Assembly (NCBI GenBank): GCA_021371855.1
Contig: JAJFVL010000046.1
Span: 53,897 to 117,896 of the forward strand
Source of the DNA: Bacteroidales bacterium
GTDB taxonomy: Bacteria; Bacteroidota; Bacteroidia; Bacteroidales; VadinHA17
Length of the DNA stretch: 64,000 bases
Direction of reading: 5' to 3'
Positions 57,500 to 64,000 of the stretch are shown here, piece by piece. The position numbers and the translations under genes were made by a program. The number at the start of each line of letters is the position of its first letter. The first letter of the stretch is position 1. Below the pieces are notes generated by a model that was not told the DNA's origin, did not search any database, and saw nothing but the letters and a program-made list of their open reading frames with translations.

Positions 57500-58343
57500 T
57501 TGATTTATTGTTTTTGGTTGCTTCCCTGATACCTAACAAAATTGCCGGCCAAAGGACAAATACTGAGGGAACAGCATAAAGAAATCCTTTTGACAATTCA
57601 GGGTACGATTTTAACTGGATAGAAGGGTTGAATCCGAGCTTTTCAAATGAAACACCCGACAGATATAAATAGCCGGTTCCTCCTGCTTCATGCTCACCGT
57701 ATATATGATCGATATACTGTCCGGGATTTTCAACTATTCGTTTATGTGCTTCTCTGATCAAATCTCTTCGCGTTCCGAAAACCAATGCTTCGGCAGGACA
57801 GTTTTCGACGCAGACAGGAAGTTTTCCCTCTTTCTGTCTGTCGTAGCACATATCACATTTCTGAATTTTCGGATTAGGGCTGTCATATTCACATTTCGGA
57901 GAATCAAACGGACACGAGATCATACAATAACGGCATCCCATGCATTTCCGTTCCCGCCAGATAACCGGCCCTTCATGCGTCTTGTACAAAGCCTGTGTAA
58001 GACAAGCCGAAGCGCATGCAGGTTCATTACAATGCATACACTGTCTTTTAACATAAACTTCACCATTTTCTGTCGCAATTGCATTAACAACTGTCCGGTG
58101 GTATTCATCAGTTTTTCTGACCACGCCGGCCTTTGGTACATCGACCGGTGCCGGCAACCCATGTGCCTCAGCACATGTAACTTCGCATGTCTGGCAACCT
58201 GCACAACGTGTTGAATCGTACAGAATAGCCGAAAACTCAATATCATTTTCTTTTTTTGGCGCAGCATTTAATGTCTTTCCAAAAGCAAGCGATGCTCCGG
58301 TTACACCAATTACCTTAAAAAAGTTTCTTCGTCCTATACTCAT
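57480..58343 (-). CDS. Tat-exported 4x[4Fe-4S] ferredoxin-type subunit (HybA/DsrO/HmcB-like) with a C-terminal TM anchor
   Basis: It has the twin-arginine signal SIGRRNFFKVIGV and four Cys clusters: CAGCQTCEVTC, CMHCNEPACASAC, CMGCRYCMISCP and CDMC...CVENCP. It ends in a hydrophobic C-terminal helix. Confidence 0.85.
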   Translation of the reverse strand: MSIGRRNFFKVIGVTGASLAFGKTLNAAPKKENDIEFSAILYDSTRCAGCQTCEVTCAEAHGLPAPVDVPKAGVVRKTDEYHRTVVNAIATENGEVYVKRQCMHCNEPACASACLTQALYKTHEGPVIWRERKCMGCRYCMISCPFDSPKCEYDSPNPKIQKCDMCYDRQKEGKLPVCVENCPAEALVFGTRRDLIREAHKRIVENPGQYIDHIYGEHEAGGTGYLYLSGVSFEKLGFNPSIQLKSYPELSKGFLYAVPSVFVLWPAILLGIREATKNNKSNEEGNE

Positions 58344-58562
58344 AATTCTTTTTATTAGACCTGGTTAAACTGCTTTATGGATTCTTTTTTCTTCTGTGGA
58401 TTCATAGATCTTTTGTTATTGGCCTGAATAGGCCAGGGATCTGAGCTGATTTTTTTTGACCAATGGGTAAATAATCACTGTTTTGTCATCGGCCATAAAT
58501 GGCAAATTACAGAAATATGAAATCCTTGTCAAATTGTTATATAAGTACAATTTAAATTTCTT

Positions 58563-58598
58563 ATAAAAAACCTTTGTTCTTTAATATCAGACCAAAGG
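58563..58598 (-). terminator. Weak candidate terminator after the cytochrome c gene
   Basis: On the minus strand CCTTTG ... CAAAGG forms a 6-bp stem with a 16-nt loop, followed by TTTTTTTAT. Confidence 0.35.
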
Positions 58599-58634
58599 CT
58601 TCATATTCTGAAATAACTTTCGATCAGTGCTTAA

Positions 58635-59177
58635 CTAATTAGCCCTTTGAGAATTTGGATGAAGGACCTTTGGAAGACTGGCTTCATAATCGAAATCCTT
58701 CGGAAATGGATTATCTTTATTATGACACTGTATGCATAACTGTTTGTCGGGCACAATAAGCCCGGCTTTCATAGCCATAGCTTTGTTTTTCATAATCACA
58801 GGTGACTTATAGGAACTGCCAGGTCCATGACATGTTTCGCAAGAGACTCCTTCGGCCGGCAGTATTGTTGCTCTCTGGTTTGCTTCGGCTCTGTCATATG
58901 TTGAATGACATTTAAGACACTTTGCTTCTTTTGAAGGATCTTCAATGTTATTTTTCTTTGCATAATCCATAGCTTTCTGGCTGCTGAGAGTTGCAATGGC
59001 TTTGGAATGAGGTTCTTCCGTCCACTTTTTGTACTGCTCGCCGGTAGCTGGTTTATTGTGACATAATTTGCATTTGTCAGCTCCAATATATTTATAAGTA
59101 GCCTGAGCCAGAATGACATTCCCAAATAACATTACAAGACAGATCAGAAGTATACCTTTCTTAATTTTCATTGTCAT
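58635..59177 (-). CDS. Periplasmic tetraheme cytochrome c (c554-like family)
   Basis: It has a signal peptide and four CxxCH motifs: CKLCH, CLKCH, CETCH and CIQCH. The GVSCETCHGPGSSY context is typical of c554-like multihaem proteins. Confidence 0.88.
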   Translation of the reverse strand: MTMKIKKGILLICLVMLFGNVILAQATYKYIGADKCKLCHNKPATGEQYKKWTEEPHSKAIATLSSQKAMDYAKKNNIEDPSKEAKCLKCHSTYDRAEANQRATILPAEGVSCETCHGPGSSYKSPVIMKNKAMAMKAGLIVPDKQLCIQCHNKDNPFPKDFDYEASLPKVLHPNSQRAN

Positions 59178-59183
59178 CGAATG

Positions 59184-59223
59184 TTAGTTAAACTTTATTC
59201 CGATTAGTTAAACTTAGTTCCGA
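59184..59223 (-). repeat. Tandem 20-bp direct repeat in the leader of the cytochrome c gene
   Basis: The plus strand reads TTAGTTAAACTTTATTCCGA then TTAGTTAAACTTAGTTCCGA (18/20 identical). It lies between the -7 box and the ATG. Confidence 0.85.
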
Positions 59224-59256
59224 ATTTATTCCAACTGTTTTATTTAGCCCCACCGA

Positions 59257-59264
59257 CAAAGATA
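59257..59264 (-). promoter_or_regulatory. Candidate -7 box (TATCTTTG on the minus strand) for the cytochrome c gene
   Basis: The plus strand reads CAAAGATA, 79 nt upstream of the ATG at 59177. Confidence 0.45.
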
Positions 59265-59325
59265 TGTAAAATACAATTAATCAGAATATCTGGAATTCTC
59301 AAAAAAAGTTAAAAATACTACACCA

Positions 59326-60864
59326 CTAACCAGCCCATCCCTCCCTATCGAGATTTCGGTAGTTTATCGCTTCCGATATATGTTCGGCAGTAATATTTTC
59401 AGAATCGCCCAGATCGGCAACTGTCCTTGCAACCTTCAATATCCTGTCATAAGCCCTGGCAGAAAGTCCTCTTAGTTCCATCGCTGTTTTAAGCAGCCTT
59501 CCGCCAGATTCGTCGAGCTGACAGTACCTTCGTTGCATTGATGATGACATCTGGGAGTTGGAGTATACTCCCCGGATTGACTCAAACCTTTTTGCCTGAA
59601 TTCTCCTTGCCATCACTACTCTTTCACGAACAACTGCTGATGGCTCAACTTTTCCTGAATCGGAGAGTTTGTCGTAATTCACGGGGACAACTTCGATATG
59701 AATGTCGATACGGTCGAGCAGGGGGCCTGATATCCTGTTCAGGTATTTTTGTACCATTCCCGGGGAACACATGCACTCCTTTTCAGGATGATTATGAAAT
59801 CCACACGGGCATGGATTCATTGAGGCAACCAGCATAAAACTGGCAGGATAATCCACAGTTGATTTTGCCCTGGAGATAGTAATTACCCTATCCTCGAGAG
59901 GTTGCCTCATAACTTCGAGAACTGTCCTTTTAAACTCAGGTAGTTCATCGAGGAACAATACTCCATTATGGCTAAGGGAAATTTCTCCGGGTTGGGGAAA
60001 AGTGCCTCCTCCGACGAGCGCGACATCTGAAATTGTATGGTGGGGCGACCTGAATGGTCTTCTAGTCATTAGAGCTGTATGGTCATCTATCTTGCCTGCA
60101 ACCGAATGTATTTTTGTGGTTTCAAGTGCTTCTTCAAGAGTAAGAGGAGGTATAATAGTCGGTAATCGTTTGGCTAACATTGTTTTACCGGCTCCTGGCG
60201 GACCAATCATAATTATATTATGCCCACCGGCAGCTGCTACTTCAAGTGCCCGTTTTACATTTTCCTGACCACGTACATCAGAAAAATCGACATCATACTT
60301 GTTGGCTTCATTATTAAAAATTCCCAGCAGATCAACTTTTTCAGGAGAGAACTTTTTCATGCCATTAAAGAAGGCAACTACATCACCAAGATTCTCCATC
60401 CCATATACATCCAGTCCTTCCACTACTGCTGCCTCACGTGCATTTTTCAGAGGTACAATAACTCCTTTGAATCCTTCTTCCCTTGCCCTGATAGCTATCG
60501 GAAGAACACCCTTCACAGGTTGCAGAGTGCCGTCAAGAGACAATTCCCCCATCAGAATATATGATTCAATTTCACTTTTTATGACTTTTTCATCAGCCGC
60601 TAGTATTCCGAGAGCAAGTGGGAGATCATACGAGGAGCCCTCTTTCCGTATATCAGCAGGAGCCATATTTATCAGCACCTGCTTTCCGGGCCAGTGAAAA
60701 CCCAGAGACCGCAATGCTGATTCAATCCTTTGCTGGCTCTCTTTCACTGCAACATCAGGCAATCCGACAAGAAAAAAACGGATCCCGCGCGATACATTAA
60801 CTTCAATTGTTACTGTCACTGCATCAATACCGGTAACGGCACTGGCAAATGTTCTTACTAACAT
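59326..60864 (-). CDS. comM: YifB/ComM family Mg-chelatase-like AAA+ ATPase
   Basis: It has an N-terminal Lon-protease-like domain, Walker A GPPGAGKTM, Walker B VLFLDELPEF and a C-terminal Mg-chelatase ChlI-like domain. Confidence 0.92.
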   Translation of the reverse strand: MLVRTFASAVTGIDAVTVTIEVNVSRGIRFFLVGLPDVAVKESQQRIESALRSLGFHWPGKQVLINMAPADIRKEGSSYDLPLALGILAADEKVIKSEIESYILMGELSLDGTLQPVKGVLPIAIRAREEGFKGVIVPLKNAREAAVVEGLDVYGMENLGDVVAFFNGMKKFSPEKVDLLGIFNNEANKYDVDFSDVRGQENVKRALEVAAAGGHNIIMIGPPGAGKTMLAKRLPTIIPPLTLEEALETTKIHSVAGKIDDHTALMTRRPFRSPHHTISDVALVGGGTFPQPGEISLSHNGVLFLDELPEFKRTVLEVMRQPLEDRVITISRAKSTVDYPASFMLVASMNPCPCGFHNHPEKECMCSPGMVQKYLNRISGPLLDRIDIHIEVVPVNYDKLSDSGKVEPSAVVRERVVMARRIQAKRFESIRGVYSNSQMSSSMQRRYCQLDESGGRLLKTAMELRGLSARAYDRILKVARTVADLGDSENITAEHISEAINYRNLDREGWAG

Positions 60865-61082
60865 CGTAATAAACTTATTAGCACTTAAGGAAACACTAAC
60901 TCAAATATAGCTAATTTAAAGATAAAAGACAAAAGGAAAAAGATAAAAGGAAAAGTGTTTGAGGTGAGGATGGCAGCAACCTCTGATTGAAAAGTCTTTC
61001 CACATATTACTTTATAAGAAATGAAGGAAATACCCCAAAGATCAAATTGAGGGAATATCTTTATTTTATCTGCAAATAAAAT

Positions 61083-61090
61083 TATCTTTG
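61083..61090 (+). promoter_or_regulatory. Candidate -7 box (TATCTTTG)
   Basis: It matches TAnnTTTG, 82 nt upstream of the ATG at 61173. Confidence 0.4.
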
Positions 61091-61172
61091 GTTTAGGGTG
61101 CGTGACTTTGATTTTATGTATGGTTTGCCGGCAATAAAATTTATCTTATCATTTCAACTTAAAATATAAATC

Positions 61173-61655
61173 ATGAAAAAGACAGCAACAGGAATAATTA
61201 TTTTGATTCTATTAATACTGGTGAGTTGTGGCAGAGACGAAGAACAAGCTAAAAGGTATTCCGAAATGAAGTCAGAGTGTGATAGTCTTGTCGCCCAGGC
61301 CAATTTAGTAATTAAGGATCAGAGGATTAAGGCTGATAGTCTACGTAAAATGAGGGATGATGCATTAGCTGGTAAAATACCGAAAAATAAGTTATTGAGG
61401 ATAGATAAGGAAATAACTAATGCAGCTGAGATTGAGTCTGATATTGATAAGGTAAGAAAGCACCTTGAAGCAATTAAGACATTTGCAGAAGTTGGAGAAA
61501 AAGTCAATAAAAGAATTATTTATTTTAAGAGGAAGTATGTAAAATACGCTAACACAATTCAGGTGCATGATGAGTTTGTAATGATCCAGGAGATAACCAA
61601 TGGCCTTACTGCAAAACAATATATTTCCAGGTACCTGCCTAAAGAGTCGAAATAG
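61173..61655 (+). CDS. Hypothetical coiled-coil lipoprotein
   Basis: It has a signal peptide with the lipobox LVSC, followed by charged helical sequence. I recognise no family motif. Confidence 0.55.
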   Translation: MKKTATGIIILILLILVSCGRDEEQAKRYSEMKSECDSLVAQANLVIKDQRIKADSLRKMRDDALAGKIPKNKLLRIDKEITNAAEIESDIDKVRKHLEAIKTFAEVGEKVNKRIIYFKRKYVKYANTIQVHDEFVMIQEITNGLTAKQYISRYLPKESK

Positions 61656-61883
61656 ATTGCCTGAGTTGTGTACACATAATTACTGTCTGGATAATATTTT
61701 ATTATCCGACGTCAGTTACTGCTTTCAAATAGAAAACCCGATGAAATTCCGGGGAAATTGCAGTAATTGACCATATTGATATCATAAGAATCGGCTCAGG
61801 AGAAATCATAAATGATTGTCCTTGTTATTTGTTTGAATTATAAGCTATTATAAAATATTATTTTTACTTGCCACAACATTTGC

Positions 61884-61891
61884 TAACTTTG
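61884..61891 (+). promoter_or_regulatory. Candidate -7 box (TAACTTTG)
   Basis: It matches TAnnTTTG, 116 nt upstream of the ATG at 62008. Confidence 0.4.
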
Positions 61892-62007
61892 TGAGTTGTT
61901 TATTTTCTAAAACAATTCACCTGTAGTTCATTGCTTTCTTTTGTATTTATAAATATTACGGGCATAATAATTAAAACCGGAGTTTTTACTAACTAAATAT
62001 TTTAAAT

Positions 62008-62679
62008 ATGAAAAGATTAAAAAACAGTTTAATTATCGTATTGAGTGCAGCTATGATTTTATCAGGCTGTGCTTCAATGAATAAAACCACAAAAGGTGCT
62101 GCTGTCGGAACAGTAGCGGGAGGCACTATGGGAGCTGTTATCGGAAAAGCTTCAGGAAATACGGCACTTGGAGCAATTATTGGTGCTGCTGTAGGTGGTG
62201 GTGCAGGTGCAATTATCGGTCACAAAATGGATAAGCAGGCTGAAGAAATAAAGAATACAGTTCCTGATGCAAAGGTTGAACGCGTTGGTGAAGGGATCGT
62301 TGTTGAATTCAGCAGCAATGTTTTGTTTGCATTTAACAGTTCAGATCTTTCGACTGATGCTAAAACGAATCTTGAAAAACTGGTTAAGGTTCTGAACGGT
62401 TACCCTGATACTAATCTTGAAATACAAGGACATACCGACAGTAAAGGAACGGAATCATATAACCAGACCCTATCCGAAAAACGCGCTTCCACCGTATCGG
62501 CGTACCTGGTAACCAAAGGCATAACCAGCAGTCGTCTGACTATCAAAGGATTTGGTGAAACTATACCAAAATATGACAATAGTACAGATGAGGGCCGTGC
62601 TCAAAACCGCAGAGTTGAATTTCTGATTGCTGCTAACGAAAAGATGAAGGCTGAAGCTGAAAAAGAAGCTGCAAAATAA
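62008..62679 (+). CDS. OmpA-family lipoprotein with an N-terminal glycine-zipper
   Basis: It has the lipobox LSGC, a glycine zipper GAAVGTVAGGTMGAVIG...GAIIGAAVGGGAGAIIG and an OmpA C-terminal domain (GHTDSKGTESYNQTLSEKRA...NRRVEF). Confidence 0.88.
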   Translation: MKRLKNSLIIVLSAAMILSGCASMNKTTKGAAVGTVAGGTMGAVIGKASGNTALGAIIGAAVGGGAGAIIGHKMDKQAEEIKNTVPDAKVERVGEGIVVEFSSNVLFAFNSSDLSTDAKTNLEKLVKVLNGYPDTNLEIQGHTDSKGTESYNQTLSEKRASTVSAYLVTKGITSSRLTIKGFGETIPKYDNSTDEGRAQNRRVEFLIAANEKMKAEAEKEAAK

Positions 62680-62730
62680 CTCAATGACCGAAAATTCATA
62701 CTAAAATCTAAAATTTTAAAATCTTTTATC

Positions 62731-63381
62731 ATGAAAACATCAATACTTACAATACTACTGATTCTTATGTTATCAGTACCTTTTGCATCCGCACAGAAAA
62801 CCGCATTTGGCATTCTGGGTGGCGTCAATTTCCAGAATCTGAACGGAAAGGATGATTCCGGAGATAAACTTGATTATGACCTTCTCGTGGGTTTTCATGC
62901 AGGTGTCAATGCCCAGGTACCTGTTGCTCCGGATTTTTACTTTCAACCCGGCCTGCTCTTTTCTACAAAAGGGGCAAGTGACAAGGTTGGTTCAACAACA
63001 ACAAAGATTAAGATTTCATATCTCGAATTACCATTAAATTTTGTGTATAAACCATTGGTAGGGAAAGGCCATTTCATGCTTGGATTCGGACCATACCTTG
63101 CTTATGGCATCGGTGGAAAGGTGTCGGCAGGAGGTACCTCTTCAGACATTAAATTTAAAAGCACTGTGAAAACAAGCGACGACCCTGAAACTTTCTACCT
63201 TAGAGCATTTGATGCAGGTGCAAATATTTTTGCCGGATATGAATTCTCAAACAAAATATTCTGCCAGTTAAATACTCAGCTTGGATTGTTAAAAGTCAAC
63301 CCTGATTATGATGAAAGTCCAAATTCTAAAGCATCTGTTAAGAATACAGGTTTTGGTCTTTCAGTCGGATATCGTTTTTAA
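62731..63381 (+). CDS. Small outer-membrane beta-barrel protein (OmpW/PorT-like porin family)
   Basis: It has a signal peptide ending ASAQ, alternating beta-strand periodicity and a C-terminal aromatic residue (GYRF). Confidence 0.75.
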   Translation: MKTSILTILLILMLSVPFASAQKTAFGILGGVNFQNLNGKDDSGDKLDYDLLVGFHAGVNAQVPVAPDFYFQPGLLFSTKGASDKVGSTTTKIKISYLELPLNFVYKPLVGKGHFMLGFGPYLAYGIGGKVSAGGTSSDIKFKSTVKTSDDPETFYLRAFDAGANIFAGYEFSNKIFCQLNTQLGLLKVNPDYDESPNSKASVKNTGFGLSVGYRF

Positions 63382-63401
63382 TAACAGTTACTGATTATTT
63401 A

Positions 63402-63436
63402 AAAGGCCGTTCCTATAACCGGGATCCGGCCTTTTT
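63402..63436 (+). terminator. Rho-independent terminator after the beta-barrel gene
   Basis: AAAGGCCG ... CGGCCTTT forms an 8-bp stem with a 17-nt loop, followed by TTG. Confidence 0.55.
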
Positions 63437-63444
63437 GCTTGTTT

Positions 63445-63460
63445 TGTAACATATGTTACA
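63445..63460. promoter_or_regulatory. Perfect palindrome TGTAAC-ATAT-GTTACA; candidate CRP/FNR-family (HcpR-type) operator for hcp
   Basis: This 16-bp perfect inverted repeat has its centre about 34 bp upstream of the centre of the -7 box at 63483-63490, which is the position expected for a class II activator. Confidence 0.6.
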
Positions 63461-63482
63461 TTTTCTATCCATAAAAGAGTGA

Positions 63483-63490
63483 TAACTTTG
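63483..63490 (+). promoter_or_regulatory. Candidate -7 box (TAACTTTG) for hcp
   Basis: It matches TAnnTTTG, 71 nt upstream of the ATG at 63562. Confidence 0.5.
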
Positions 63491-63561
63491 TATAAAACAA
63501 AAAACTTTCAACTGTTCAAAAGGGTAAATATATAGTATTAACTAACTCAACTAAAGTATTA

Positions 63562-64000
63562 TGAGCATGTTTTGTTTTCAATGTCAGGAAACCGCAAAAG
63601 GAACAGGATGTACTATCGCCGGTGTTTGCGGAAAAACCGAGAAAGTTGCCAATATGCAGGACCTACTCGTGTTTGTGCTTAAAGGAATTTCCATCTTCAG
63701 CACAAAAGCCAGAGAGCTTGGTGTTGAAAACGATAGAGTTAACAAGTTCATCTTTGACGGACTTTTCATGACGATTACTAATGCCAACTTTGATCAGGAT
63801 CGCTTTGTTGCAAAGATCCGTGAAGGATTGAAATTGCGCGATGAGATTAAATCTGCATTTTTAAAAGCAGGCGGCAAATTGCCTGAAAAGCTTCATGAGT
63901 CTGCAACATGGACAGCACACACAGTTGAAGAGTTCGAAACCAAAAGCACCTCTGTCGGAGTTCTGTCGACAAAAAATGAGGATATGAGATCACTTCGCCA
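63562..64000 (+). CDS. hcp: Hybrid cluster protein / hydroxylamine reductase, N-terminal part (runs off the right edge)
   Basis: My own translation is MSMFCFQCQETAKGTGCTIAGVCGKTEKVANMQDLLVFVLKG..., which is the canonical Hcp N-terminal Cys cluster CxxC-x8-C-x5-C. It is missing from the track because the frame is open at the window end. Confidence 0.9.

Noticed and set aside
57690-58214. A 174-aa plus-strand ORF, and the other long antisense ORFs in the track (for example 39368-39853, 11431-11919, 8425-8967, 13113-13544, 27000-27404, 49036-49449, 60299-60697).
   Set aside because: All lie fully inside well-supported genes on the opposite strand. They have Cys/Ser/Leu/Phe-rich shadow-frame composition and no recognisable motifs.
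60918-60949. A purine-rich duplicated word AAAGATAAAAG (60918 and 60939) upstream of comM.
   Set aside because: It is a short low-complexity duplication in an A-rich spacer, with no structure or positional logic I could establish.

Overview
This is an AT-rich chromosomal segment that looks like an anaerobic member of the Bacteroidota. Three things support that: many TAnnTTTG (-7 type) promoter boxes, no Shine-Dalgarno sequences, and the gene content (SusB-like GH97, a eukaryote-type GT3 glycogen synthase, many lipoproteins). The window is almost entirely core housekeeping.

Gene content in order:
- purH (5' part, runs off the left edge), an FtsX-type permease and rsmA
- a 1,037-aa ABCG-like ATPase/permease and a lipoprotein
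- patB-like and carA, then argH-argG-argR on the minus strand, then carB, a GNAT and a GT2
- recQ, tatC-lptB, tRNA-Leu(TAG), tig-clpP-clpX and thyA-folA
- GH97 alpha-glucosidase and a DUF151/UVR nuclease
- rplU-rpmA, serS, an EamA transporter, an S41 peptidase, ruvC, comF, a HIT protein, greA, ahcY and ribF
- an 11-kb glycogen cluster: a GH13 branching enzyme facing an operon of GDE, GT4, GH57 and a GT3-GT35 fusion
- two TlpA-like thiol-disulfide lipoproteins and lpxH
- a redox module: tetraheme cytochrome c, a Tat-exported 4x[4Fe-4S] protein, an NrfD/HybB-like membrane subunit and a membrane-anchored GcvH-fold protein, followed by a tandem GHKL/SiaB-like protein
- comM/yifB, three envelope proteins, and the 5' part of hcp (runs off the right edge) preceded by a perfect TGTAAC-N4-GTTACA operator

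I found no CRISPR array, integrase, transposase, prophage, toxin-antitoxin pair or recognisable defence system.

The candidates I rate highest for something undescribed are:
1. A family of four hairpin (MITE/REP-like) elements with GAAACCCACATG-type arms. Each sits 27-40 nt upstream of a start codon and shares a conserved AU-rich linker running to the ATG. Two copies show compensatory arm substitutions.
2. The orphan cytochrome c / FeS / NrfD module joined to a membrane-tethered GcvH-like protein whose lipoyl-lysine is out of register.
3. Inverted AAAGTTN heptad arrays that start inside the stop codons of argR and carB.

All functional calls come from reading motifs in the translations, not from database searches.
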